Notes under the pieces: model-generated | The model's database searches: none | Told to the model about the DNA's origin: nothing | Seen by the model: only the letters and a program-made list of their open reading frames with translations | Shown: one piece after another, positions 42,034 to 55,310 of the stretch | Numbering within the stretch: the stretch's first letter is position 1 | Layout: every line of letters begins with the position of its first letter | NCBI RefSeq assembly: GCF_009914755.1 | Contig: NC_060929.1 | Source of the DNA: the human T2T-CHM13v2.0 reference genome, Homo sapiens | DNA length: 64,000 nt | Direction: 5' to 3' (one strand) | Position numbers and translations under genes: made by a program

Positions 42034-44721
42034 TAATTGTTTTGTTTCTGGCTGCTATAAATGACAACATCAGCTGTTGAACAAGGCTGGTCTTGATTGT
42101 AATCATAAAAGTAAAATTTGTAAATTTAAAAGAAAAAAGCTTATATTTTCTATAGAAGGAAGATTTACATCCAAAATTGTTATTAAGTAAGTTACAAGTT
42201 TAAAGAAATGGGCATAATTTAGGTTTCAGATGGATCCCTTTTGACTCTCAACCCAGGAGCGGAGAAGTTTACAGTAGAGAAAATCTTGGGCTAGCTGTTA
42301 CTTTGTGTTGCAATTTTCTTAGATTTTCTTGGGTCTTTTACTTAAAGACTTAAGACATTACATAACAATGAGCTTGGAAATAGTGTTTTTCTCTTTAATA
42401 TATAATTCTCTTATGCACATACTTAGTTTGCAGTTGTGGAGTCTATAATTCAGCTCTGCAATGACATTGGTGGGAGTATTAAGTAATGAGTGCAGAGAAT
42501 TGTACAAATGTAATACAACTATTAACTTTCATCCTGAAACTTCAGATCTTTTATAAATTACATTGTCATCACTAGTCACCTACGAAGTTAAAAGACCTGT
42601 TCTACAGTAAGAGACAAAGAATTGAAGAGACTTGCTGAAGGTCACCGAAGACTGAGGTTTTTATCACTTAAGAGGCCAGAATTTATAAGATTTGAACATG
42701 GATGCCTACTTTGAACTCAAAGGAAGAATGGTTTACTCTTTGGGAAGAATCTGGAGATCAATTCCTGAATGTAGGGATGACTTCTATTTAGTCATGGGAT
42801 GAGGATAGAATGTAAACATATGTTTAAGCATGAAATGGATTGGGGTTACCTTAAGAGCCAGGTATTATGCTACTTAGGAGACACAAAACTATATGATGAG
42901 TCAGGCTATAGTGTGTATTTGGAAGATAGAGGGAGTGGTTGACAGAGAGAGAGAGAGAGAATGAGAGACAGACAAAGAGACATATAAAGAGAATGAGAAA
43001 ATAATATTCTCTATAATTATGCCAAATTATTGACATATTTTCTTAAAAAAAAATTCACAGATCACAGTTATAGAAAAATGCATTGCTGTATTTTTATCCA
43101 AGTGTTCATTATATAAGGATAGAAAACTGTTCATTTAATTATATGAATAGCACTTAACGTCATGTAATCTTGTTTGAAGACTTATTTATTTGATCTCCTT
43201 TAGACAAAGTGACAATTCGATTTTCTTTAGCTTTGTTAGAAAACCCTTCATCTTCTAATTATATCTTTTGGTGCATGAGTAGACACAGAGCAATAGATAA
43301 CACACTGACAACTTGCAGACCTAAGGGTGAATATCTATTATCACAACTCCTAGAGTTTAGACCAAACATTAGTGAAATTGATGTGTTTTTCTAGAGATGA
43401 AGTAGCAGAAAAGACTTTTTAGAAGAAAGGACTTGTCTTCTAAAATATAGGCAGCTGTTGAAAGTATTTAGACTAAAATTAATTAAAACAAATGCATAAT
43501 AAAATAAAATAAGCAATAGAAATATGCTCCTCATGAAGGATAAAGTTCCTAGCTTTGTATGTGAGCAAAATGTACCGTCTTGAAAATTTTTCTAGGAGAA
43601 ATGAGAGCTAAATTTTCAGCTCTGGCAGAGAATTTTAATTATCAGAGCAAGCTGAAGATTTAATGGATATACCTCTAGAATGTGAGTAAAATAAATCATG
43701 TTCCCCAATGACCGATTTCAACTTAATTTTCTGCTAGAAGTGAATAGTCCTGAAATTCTGATTACTCTTATTTTAGTGATGTCCAGTGTCCCTGCATTAA
43801 TTTAGGGGTATCAGTCATTATTGTATTCAAAACAACAAATACAACTTAATGCAATGAATCACCGAGAATGACATAATTTATAGTGAATATCAAGATCTGC
43901 ATCAAGGTTTGCTCAAACAATAAAGATTCATGACTGTGAAATATAAACTGTGGATAATAAATTTGTAACTTGAGGAAATTTTCATATAATGCTGTGGGAA
44001 AAGGTATATCAAACATTAAAAAATGAGTGTATGCTGGTGTTCTTAAATAAGGGGAGAAATCAAAAATCCTTTATTTCTTCGTAAAACAAAGAACTTTTAT
44101 CATACAGTGCCTGTGACCTTAACCTCAAGAAAGAAATGAACATTACCTTCCTCTGCTTCCCATCCCTGCAATCAGCTTTTTTTTTTTCTGCCAAGGATAA
44201 AATCTGTTGTCAAATTACCCTATTGTCCTGAACAGTGGACAAATAATAGAAAAGCTTTGAACTCATAAAACATGTTTCATCCACAAAGTACAAAACACTT
44301 CAAAAAAGAATAACTCATACATTCACATAATCACCAAATCCCCTCTTGCTGGGGTGGTGATGGGGGTAGGGTAAAAGTTATAATTATGTGTTCTACTGTA
44401 TCCAGGGAAAAATTAAACTTAGAAAAGTAAATATTCTCAGATAAGGAAGGATTGAAAATATCAATCCTTCAACAGGACTCAAAGCTTATTAAACTCAGTG
44501 ATGGGCAAGTGGTTGAATGTGGATTTGGAAGAAATGGGAGTACACTAGGATTGGGACTGGGTGAGAGAGGAGCCTCAGATGACTCTGAAGATTGCACAAA
44601 TGCCTCATTTCAGTTGTGCACTGGAGATGCTTCTTGGCCTCATCTTAGCACCAGCAATCCTACTGCTAGGGCAGTAGTCCTGCCTGATGTAGCACTGCTG
44701 ACTAACCTTGGATATGTGCTT

Positions 44722-44817
44722 CTCTTTCTCTCTCTCTCTCCCTCCCTCCCTTTCTCTCTCTACAGTGTGTGTGTGTGTGTGTGTGTGTGTGTTGGTGTGT
44801 GTGTTTGTGTGTGTGTT
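44722..44817. repeat. (TC)n/(TG)n compound microsatellite
   Basis: Seen directly. Confidence 0.95.
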
Positions 44818-45484
44818 TAGGGGTGGGTAGTGGTAGTGGTGATGTTGGATTTGATTGGGTCCAGACCAGGAGGAAATCCTGGCATATGGTAGGCATTGGC
44901 CAGGGGTGCCAAATGTCTGGGCCGCATCAGCAGTCACCGTGCACCTGCAGCCTTCCAGGCGCTCTGCTAAGCACAGGGCTTACTGTATCTCCTTTAGTCC
45001 TTACACACCCTTTAAATATGTATTATATAACAGAAGAACTTTGCGGAGGCCATATGTATTTCAGGATCAGGGTCTATGATTTGAACTCAGTTCAGTGTGA
45101 CTCCAAAGGCAGTGCTCTCCATTCCGTGGTGGGATTTGTCCATCTCATTTGGTAACTCAGAGAGTTCTGATCCACAGCACTAGGTCTATTCTAAGACAAG
45201 GCAGTCTCATCCATCTGGCAATGGAAGAGAAAATTTAGTATCTTATGACCCCGAAGTCATGATTCAGAAAACTATAGTTTAGATACTAAACATGAATAGG
45301 TCATTGTGACTATTTTATTGTGATGATATTCAAATATATGACATTTTCTTTAGTGTTTTTTGCTTTTTTAATGGAATTATAGGGAACTCTATTTGTTCCT
45401 TACTCAATAAGCATTACAACCTTTTTTTCTTTCTAGTAGAATTTCAATTTTATTTAGGTATCAACCCTTTTCCAGTCAACCTCT

Positions 45485-47645
45485 TTGACTCAGAGGATGC
45501 TAAATCCAAGCTTAACTTCAGATGTGGTTTCTGATTGATTTACTGGTGGTAGTCCCATCACCACTAGCAACAATTGGTCCAGGAACCCAAACTTGAGCTA
45601 ATCATTTAATTACAACTACATTGTATTCTTAGTCCAGGCATAGGTACTGATGATGTAAATTGGCCCAGTTCGTTTGAAATGAAGAACTTCAATTGCATAA
45701 TTGTGGAAGTCTCTCTTTTCATTCTCTGGATGCTGCTATAGTTGTCACTGGCCTCTATCCAACAATCTAAAATGAACACAAAATTTCAGTTCAACAGAAG
45801 AAACAAGTCCAAGAGCCCTATTGTACATCGTGATGACTATGGTTAATAACGATATATTGTATGCTTAAAAACTGGTGAGTAGATTTTAAGTATTCTCACC
45901 ACACAAAACATGACAGGTGTGTGAGGTAATGCACATGTTAAATAGCTTGATTTAGCGATTCAACAATGTATACATATATCAAAGCACCATATTGGATACC
46001 ATAAATATATGTAATATACAATATATTGTACACCATAAATATATATTTTATATATTTATACAAATACATATTCAGCACTGTATACATATAACAAAGCATC
46101 ATATTGTATACCATAAATATATATAAATATTATATATAATATAAATAAACATATATAAAATATATATAATATAAATAAACATATATATCATATAAAATAT
46201 TATATATAATATAAACATATACATTATATATAAATATTATATGTAATATAAACATATACATTATATATAAATATTGTATATAATATAAACATATACATTA
46301 TATATAAATATTATATATAATATAAGTAAACATATATATTATATATAATGCTTTGATGATGCATACATTGTTGCTTTGATATATGTATACAATGTTGAAT
46401 CATTAAATCAAGCTATTTAACATGTGCATTACCTCACACACCTGTCATGTTTTTGTGTGGTGAGAACACTTAAAATCTACTCAACAGTCTTCAAGAATAT
46501 ATATTATATATAATATATACTATATTATATATAGTATTAATTATATATAATCATATATACTATATTATATATAGTATTAATTATATATAATCATATATAA
46601 TATATTATATATAGTATTAATTATATATAATTATATATAATATATATATTTATATATAATTATATATTATATATATCATATATAATATATAATTATATAT
46701 AAATATATATAATATATATAATATATATGATTATATATTATATATTATGTATATTTTATAATACATTATATATTATATATTATATAATATATAATATATT
46801 CAGCATCCAGAGAATGAAAATACATTTTATAATATATTATATATAATTATGTATAAATAATTATATTTTTATATAATATATAATTGATATATGTTAAATA
46901 TATATATTATATATTATATATATAATATATAATATATAATATAATATATTATATATAATATATTATATATATAATATATTATATATTATATATAATATAA
47001 TATATAATATATTATATATATAATATATTATATATATAATATATAATATATTATATATATAATATATTATATATTATATTATATATAATATATAATATAT
47101 AATATATTATATATTATATATATAATATATTATATATTATATATATAATATATTATATATAATATATTATATATAATATATATAATATATTATATATAAT
47201 ATATTATATATATAATATATTATATATATAATATATAATATATTATATATATAATATATTATATATTATATATATAATATAATATATTATATATATAATA
47301 TATAATATATTATATATATAATATATAATATATTATATATATAATATATTATATATTATATATACTTATCTATATATAAATATTTATATAATATATAATA
47401 AATATATATTTTATATAAATATAATATATATAATTATGCAGTTGAAGTTCTTCCTTTCAAATGAACTGGGCCAATTTACATCAGTACCATGCCTGGACTA
47501 AGAATACAATGTAGTTCTAATTAACTAATTAGCTCATGTTTGGGTTCCTGGACCAATTGTTGCTGGTGATGATGGCACTACCACCAGTAAATCAGTCAGA
47601 AACCATATCTGAAGTTAAGCTTGGATTTAGCATCCTCTGAGTCAA
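45485..47645. repeat. Interrupted inverted repeat: 45485-45702 vs 47432-47645; 45716-45735 vs 46801-46820; 45862-45986 vs 46372-46497
   Basis: Reverse-complement matches read directly; outer arms differ by about 12 substitutions and 2 small indels (manual count); the 20-mer is exact. Confidence 0.95.
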
Positions 47646-47694
47646 TATATATATATAATATATATATATTTTTTCTACTTGTCAATTAAAAAAA
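45772..47694 (+). mobile_element. L1MA 3' end whose internal ATATAT tract has expanded
   Basis: GAGTAGATTTTAAGTATTCTCACCAC...GTGAGGTAATGCACATGTTAAATAGCTTGATTTAGC; terminal TTGTCAATTAAAAAAA at about 47679-47694. Confidence 0.8.
46010..47431. repeat. Long interrupted (TA)n/ATATATA(A/T)T minisatellite
   Basis: Nearly pure A/T over 46500-47430. Confidence 0.95.
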
Positions 47695-49969
47695 CCAAAC
47701 CTAGATGATGTAGTGAAAGGCAGGTCAGGGAGAGGAAAACAACCTGGGCTTTTTATAGTCTCTCTGAGTCACTGAATCAGCAAAATCTCAACTTTCTGTT
47801 TTTTTATGAGAAAATAAATGTGTTTACTGTCTAAATCAATTTAAGTCTGAGTTTACTTTTACTTTCAGGAATGAGCTTCCAAGCTGATGAGAGAATCTTT
47901 CATTTTTTTTCTTCAAAATATGAATGCCAATATTATCTGGTTAATCATAACATTAGTTGGAATTTGGAATGTAACCATTTTAAAAGCATAAATGTAAATA
48001 TTTATGTAGACTTTTTACATACATTTATGTATAAATATGTACATGTTATATAGAAATATACATAATATACATGGCAGTTAATTATGTTTCTACATTCATT
48101 TTTGTATAGGTAGGGCATATGTTATTAATATTTTATATTTTAAGCTCTTAGAATATAGAAACTATAGTTCTAATTATTTTTTCTCTAAGATTCCCACTAT
48201 AATCTTTTTGGTGATAACTAATGCATTCTGAAATAGAGGGTCTCAATTAGCCATTCTGACAATCTATCCAGTTCTCAGGAGTCAATAATCTGAGTTTAGA
48301 CTGAATGTTACAAAATATGAATGAGAAGAATAAATTATAAATTTTGAGGTTAAGTCTAAGTCATGTTCTAGTAGAAGGTACAAAACCAAAAGCAAAGGGG
48401 AAGAAATGCAATGTGTTTGAAAATCAGTGAGGGTTCTTTTTGTCTTTGACTTGCCTTAAATTCCTTGTTTGAATTATGATAAAATCCTGTGGGTTTGATC
48501 TGGTCATCTCAACTTCCTGTCCAACAGCACTTTCTGCTTATCCCAAAGAAATATTCAAAAGGGAAGCAGGAGGTTTCTAAGGCAAAAACCAAAATGTGTT
48601 TCAGTTTCCTTGTGTAGTTTGAAGCACTGAAATCATGTAAATGTATTCAGAAGATCTTTTTTGATAATTTAGAGACCATGCTTTGTAAATGATAAGCAAT
48701 ACTTTTTAAAACATATTTAAAAACATTTCAAACCAAATCTACATAAATAAAAGGCTATTAGTTACCTGGCAAAAAAGGCCCCTCACCATTTGCCAAAAAT
48801 TACTTTAATATTTGTGGAGCCCCTGATGCCTCAAGAATCAGGATTCCAAAGTTTCATAATGGCTGTACTAAGGCAGAATCACTTTCAACTTAGGGAATTC
48901 TAAAAATTAAGAGCCTGGAGCCACTTAGGAGTTCCTAAATATAGAGTTTGAAAAGGACTAGAATTTAATAATGTCCATGAATTAGACGAGTTTGTTGCAC
49001 GATGGATAAGGAGGATGTCATACATGTGTATAGCATAGGTAGATACACTACCAAGCCATGGGGTAGTTTTGATATTATAGCAATTGGTGAACTCCAGGGA
49101 ACATTTTCAAAAAATCCTACTATATTAAAAGTGGACTTAAATTACTACATTAACTTCCTCACTCCACCTTATACAATGTATTACTTTTCATTTCTGCATC
49201 ATATGGATTCATGGTGGAAACAAAATTTGATGCAGCAATGCCCTTAAGGCAGACAATCAAATTAAAATGAAACTGGAGGATAGGTCTAAGCACCCACTAG
49301 CAAAAAGGTCTTAATAATTTGCTGTTACCACTCTGGAAAACAATTACTTTACCAGCTGACTAGTTATTTTAAGTAGGAAAAGTCCAGTTTAATGTTTTAA
49401 AAATTGAACAATGGCAATACATTTGCAATACATAATATTAATGATAGGTATATTCATCCTGCTTTCCCCTAGATGTAGCCATATTAAATGAAATTCCTCC
49501 TATATAACTGTAAATTTTAATTTCTTACCAAGCCAAGCATGAAAAATTATTTCAGGTGGTTATTAGAAATATGTAGGGGCTCTTAGAATTGCTCAACTAA
49601 AGTACCAGTTGGCATTTATTACTGCTCTTGTTACAGAATTTTGTTATATTTCTGACATTTATCCCACCATTTATTTGTGAGTGGTAAGAAATTAATATAT
49701 CTAAATGTTAGGTCTTGTGGTAAGATGTATTTATAATTTCATTATTTGAGGTGGAACAAAACACTAATTTGGAGTTTGGAGAGCTTTGGAATATCAGAAA
49801 AACTTGCAAATCTGTATTTTTCTTATCTCTAGAAAATAATGAAAGGTCTTCATTGTGATATAACCTGTTTGAGAGTAATGAAGTGATGTATTTGAAAACA
49901 ATTTTTAAAAGTGCAATGTGCTATATACTATTGTGAGATTTTATTTACATACTTGAGAACTAGCATGGT

Positions 49970-51170
49970 CTATCAGTTTGAATGCTTTCAGCTGCAAGTA
50001 ATAGAACCTGCAGTTTCAAATGGCTTAAACATAAGGATATTTAGTATCTTAATTAACAACAAGTCCATGAGTAGGGTAGCTACAGGGTTTGCTAACTCAG
50101 CAGTTAAATGGCATGGTCATGGATCCACTGAAAATGTACTTTCCTTTTATAGAATCTTCCTATTCTTAACTGGCCAGCCAACTTGCCTCGTGATCAAATA
50201 CGGCTACATCTTTCTAGGAGTTTGATGCCTTATACAAGACTTTCCTTGAGTCTCTTTGAAGAATCTATGAAGCCATTCCCTGAAATCTTTATCTCCTTGC
50301 CAACAGAATTCTCTTCATGTATGCCCCCTTCTTAAGTTAACCATTGTTAAGAAACACTGGATTTAAATGGTTGGTTTAGGCTCGCGGGTCCCTCCTTTCT
50401 TCCCCTCTGGCCCAGGACTGGGAATCGGGAGTCAGCCTTTACTGACTGTGCACAGCAGTACTGAGACCCAGGCTGGGGCAAGGAAGAAGGAGAGGTACTG
50501 ACCCTTGTGTACAGACCAACAAATGTTGCTAAAAATGGCCTTAGATACAATCAGTTCTGTGTATGTTAGGGTGCTTTATATTTTTAGCACAACAAAGCTC
50601 TATGTAAATTAGCTTGATTAACAAAGGAGTTTTATTAGCTTAATAACTGAAAAGTGCAGAGTTCCAACTGATATCAGGCATAATTATATGCAGATGTTGA
50701 GGTGGTACTCTCACGGTTTCAGTCCCTTTTTGTATCAGCCTCTGGATTGTGTCCCATTCTGTAGACTGGCTTCATCGTTGTCTTCAGTCTGGCTTTTCAG
50801 CAGCAACATTGACTGCAGTTGTTTCAATTTTACACCCTTATACCACGTTATCTAGAGGAAAAGAGAACTTCTAGTCATTGTAGAAAAGAGAAGTTTAGAT
50901 CCCAGGAACTCTAGCAAATGTCTTCTCATGGCCCACTGGTTCTAACTGGGGTCTGTACTCATTCTTAAACCAATAGCTGTGACTAGGGGGTGAAATCTGC
51001 TCATTGGTCTAACTTGGCAAGGGCCCAACCCTGGAGTTTAGGCAGGGTCTGTAATATCTAGACCTCAACACAGATCATGGGGTTGGTTGGTTCGTTGGTT
51101 GGTTCCTCAATCACAAGGAGACAAGGGAAATGGATGACAGGGAGGCTGTCAGAATATGTCCAATGTGTAG
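49970..51170 (-). mobile_element. Two adjacent old MLT1-family LTRs
   Basis: TATCAGTTTGAATGCTTTCAGCTGCAAGTAATAGAAC and TGTGTATGTTAGGGTGCTTT...TTATTAGCTTAATAACTGAAAAGTGCAG starts; boundaries approximate. Confidence 0.5.
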
Positions 51171-52434
51171 TTAAATTACAGATAGCAAAGTTGACACACA
51201 TAGACATCAAAATGGCCTGTACCAGCACATGTTGATTATATACAGTGCCAGAATGTAGGACTTCTAACTCTCAAGGAGGTGCTTCTTCCACTATGCCACA
51301 ATTTTTTCCCTTTATCCTTGAATATTGTCTCTCATCATAGTCTGTTTATTTGTTTACTTATTTATTACAGTCTTTATGAACAGTTCTATTGGAGACAATT
51401 TTCCATATTTGCACATTACATATATTTTCTTAGAGCTGAAAGAGTTTTGGCTCCCCATAAATTGAGTTTTCCAGACATAAACATCGTTTCAAATCTGCTT
51501 TGTGCAGAATGTGCTTGTGGTATTCTTCTTAATTTGATGTACTTTAGGAAATATAAAAGAAAGTTATGGTTTAACTCTTTTCCTATTGAAATAAACCCCT
51601 TCAAGACTCCCAACTATAAAAAGAGTATATATATTTTATTATATTCACAAATGCCTTTATGAATGAAGCTACAGTTAATAATCTCAAATTAATGCTTGTA
51701 CATTGGTTTATAAAAATGATTATCATAATTTACAATCTGTTTGACATTTATTTTACATTGCAGCTATAAGGTATATTCTGTTGCCTGACAGCTTGACTTG
51801 TAGAGGAAGACATTACATGTGAAGAAAATCTCATTTGGCTTCTTCCTTTGGTCTTAACTATTTGCTTGGAAAACCCATGGGTAAATATCTAGCTATGATT
51901 CAGTTCAGACCAGCAGTTCTGTCATTTAAAATAAAGTTCTACAGTGGGTTTGAGAGAAAATTCAGCACACTGAAGAGTGTTACTTATCACAGTAAGGACA
52001 GTGTGACTTTATTACTTAATAAGTGAATACAACAGCTGGATTTTGGACTTGGCATATTTGGAGTAAACTAGATATTATGACAAGCCTGTGAATCTTTGTC
52101 AGGGGAACCTGGATTTTGGTCTCAGCGAGCTACCAGTACACTTTGAGGCCACAGGCAAGTAGCTCATTTGTCACATAAAGAGATGGCAAGGGACTGCTGG
52201 TTGTCACATACTTTTCATAGCATAAACTTTTAAACAAAGACAACTTTACGTGGAAGCCATTGCATAAACAAATGCAAAAATGTTCCAGTTGAATCAATGG
52301 AAGGCTCAAAACTCGGCCAGAACCCTGTTTCACTTTTCTGCCTTCCTCCTCTTCCTTCAGCTGCAACTGAAGTGTCTCAGCAGAACCCAGGACTCCACAA
52401 ACTGGATTTTTCAAATTGCAGAAATAGGTGATTT

Positions 52435-53450
52435 ATTTTAGAAACATTATTTGAGCATCTACCATGTGCCACTAAGTGGAGATGCAACAGTGAGAAAATA
52501 AACCAAAACAAAGTTGCAGCTCTCCTGGAGCTTATATTCTGGCAGGAAATGACCAAAAAGGCAAATAAATAAGCAAACAAGATAATTTTGAAAAGTGATG
52601 AATAGGGTGCCACGATGGCATTTTTGGTGAGTCTGGGGACTTCACTGTCCAATGAGGGCAGACAGGAAGGTATCACTTAGTAGGTGACTTTCAAGCTGGC
52701 TCCTAAAAGATCTAGAGGGAGGAACAAGCTGGCTTGTTCCAGGAATAGAAGAAAGGCCAATGTGGCTGGAGTGTGAGGAGGGGGATATGCAAAGACCATG
52801 TCAACTCCAGGCTTTACATCATGTTGAAGTTTGAATTCCATAATAAAAAAAAATGAGAAACAATTTGATTATTCCAAAGAGGAAATGATAAGTTCTGATA
52901 GTCATTAAAATGCTTCCTCTGGTTGCTGATTGGAGGATGGAAAGAGAAACCAGTTAAGAGAGTTTCCCGGGGGTCCAGTAAGAGCTGATCCTGATTTGCA
53001 CAAGGGTGATGACAGTGTAGATGCAAAGCAAAGGGGGAAAAATAAAGTATATTGTGTAAATTGATTCAACAGGACTTCCTGATGGACTAAATATGTGGAA
53101 TGAGGGATTAAAGAGGAAACATAGTTTTATATTTGAGACACTGGGTAAATGGGGTGACTTTACTGAAATCACTGGGGTTTAGGGAGAAAGAGGCTACAGT
53201 CATGGAAATAAAAAGTTTTGTTTAAGATTTATAAAGTTCGAGTTACCTTTTAGACAGCTAATTGGAGATGTCAAGTGGGCAATTTGATATATAAATCAGT
53301 GGAAAGTTCAGGGTGATATAAATTTTGGAGTCATTGACATGCAGATGATATTTAACGCAAATGGAGGGGATGAGATCACCTAGGGAGAAGGAGTGGAGAT
53401 AGAGAAAAGGAGAGTGCTGAGGCCTGAGATGTAAGACATTTTAACATTTA
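52435..53450 (-). mobile_element. L2 LINE
   Basis: TTATTTGAGCATCTACCATGTGCC...CTCCTGGAGCTTATATTCTGGCAGG...GGATGAGATCACCTAGGGAG. Confidence 0.75.
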
Positions 53451-54207
53451 GACCTTTCTAAGAAAATCTCTCAGGTCTTTCTTAGTGCAAAAATATCTAA
53501 TTATAATTGTAAGAAATGTTAAATCTCCTTTACTGTATTTATTAAGCTCTTTTCACCTGCAACATTCTGTTATTGCCTCAGACTTCATTTCTCTGTCTTT
53601 TGCTTCTCTCTTTCCTCTTAATTGGAAATATGTGAAAGTCACTGCTTAGCATGACATCATAGATCTATTTGTTACATATATTGTGATAGTAAGTTGGCAT
53701 CTTCTTTTGTTGAAGTTATGGGCTAGTGGCTCTTAGTTATGGGACTAAATGGCTTCCAGCTACTGGCTGTCAAACATTTACATGACTGTTGATTTGCGGC
53801 CCATGGAGAACTCACCAGCAACCAGGACTCATCTTGGATACTGGAAACAACAGAATAAGTCCAGTTTGGATAGTCACTTCTGAGGAGTCAACACTCAAAA
53901 TCTTGCCTCCATTTTCTGTGCCAGCTGAGAGGTCCATTGGTGAGTATTTTATCCACTAATGGGGAAGCAGGTGGGTAGCCTACTGGGCAGAAATAAATTT
54001 TACCTCTGTGTGCCAAGGTGGGTGGGCTAATTCATAACCTACGGTAGGCTGGGCTATCCATTGTCAAAAAGACATGATATTCTATGAAGATTCTTACTCA
54101 TGGCTTTCAGGCTTGTTCAGTTGAAAAGAGTATCCTAAGCACAAACCATTGTAAACAGAAATTGCCTATGCTGAAACTCACCCAAATCCAAAGATTTCCC
54201 TCACAGC

Positions 54208-54212
<5 letters not shown>

Positions 54213-54247
<35 letters not shown>

Positions 54248-54528
54248 AGACAGAGTCTCACTCTATTGCCCAGGCTGGAGTGCAGTGGTGCAATCTTGGC
54301 TCACTGCAGCTTCTGCCTCCTGGGTTCAAGCGATTGTCCTGCCTCAGCCTCTTGAGTAGCTGGGATTACAGGTGTCCACTACTGCGACTGGCTAATTTTT
54401 GTATTTTTAGTAGAGACAGGGTTTCACCATGTTGAGCAGGCTGGTCTCGATCTCCTGACCTCAAGTGATCTGCCCGCCTGGGCCTCCCAATTTGCTGGGA
54501 TTACAGGCGTGAGCTACTGCACCCGGCC
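54213..54528 (-). mobile_element. AluSx/Sz-like
   Basis: Long poly-T, full dimer, TSD AGCACTTT. Confidence 0.92.
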
Positions 54529-54809
54529 AGCACTTTCAATTAATTAGAAAATTCTGAGGATTCTACTTTTAAGGTCTGTTTCAACTCTCACGGTATCTTC
54601 TCTTTTCCATGGCCATTACTCCTATCTATCCACTGTGATGTTTCCTCAGTACTAGTCATCTGTTGTTTACTGTATTGGTTAGCTATTACCACAGTAATAC
54701 TGTGCAACAAACTATCTCAAATATCAGTGGCTTACAACAACAAATATTTATTCTTAGGCAGGTGAGTGGTTAGAGCCTGTCATTTCTGATGATTGATGGT
54801 TCCACCATC

Positions 54810-55310
54810 TATTTGTATCCTTTATTTGTAATGGTCCTCTGATGCCCTGGGTTAATACACCATTCTACTTTTTTCAGACCCACAGGTCATTTGGTTTGAC
54901 AACATTTCTCATCTCCTTGATTATGGGGATTAGTTCAGAGATGGCCATGCATGCTGTGTAATGAATCTTAGGCCTGGGTTGTGATTAGCAGAAGAGAATC
55001 CTCCCTTCCCTCAGACAATGTGGGGAGATGCGGCATGTGCCCGGAAGAAGTGCACATTGTATTTTCAAATGAGGGGAAGTTTGGACCTGCTGGGTGACCC
55101 CTTGTGAAGTCTAAAGAAGTAACTGGCAGACAGGAAGGCAGAGAGGAGAGACAGAAAGAGCAGCTTCCTAATGGCATCATTTGTTTAAACCTTGCCTGAA
55201 ACCAACAGTAGTTCTGAAGTTTTTGGTTAGAGAAGCCATACATTTATTTATTATTTAAGCCAGTTTGCACTGGGTTTTCTCTCCCTTGAAATTGAAAATA
55301 TCCTGACTGA
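54810..55310 (+). mobile_element. MLT1-family LTR
   Basis: ...GAGAAGCCATACATTTATTTATTATTTAAGCCAGTTTGCACTGGGTTTTCT...TCCTGACTGATA 3' end. Confidence 0.5.

Larger units (their letters stand above)
45412..47880 (+). mobile_element. Old MLT1-like LTR interrupted by L1MA and the TA expansion
   Basis: MLT1-like 3' end (GAGAAAATAAATGTGTTTACTGTCTAAATCAATTTAAGTCTGAGTTT) resumes at about 47695; boundaries approximate. Confidence 0.45.

Noticed and set aside
44147-44228. Minus-strand exon-like segment (...TGTTCAG|GAC...GAAG|GTAATG)
   Set aside because: Stops in all three frames, and such splice-like motifs occur by chance; needs RNA evidence
46500-47430. CRISPR-like or coding periodicity in the AT-rich array
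   Set aside because: Degenerate TA minisatellite in eukaryotic DNA; no constant repeat with unique spacers
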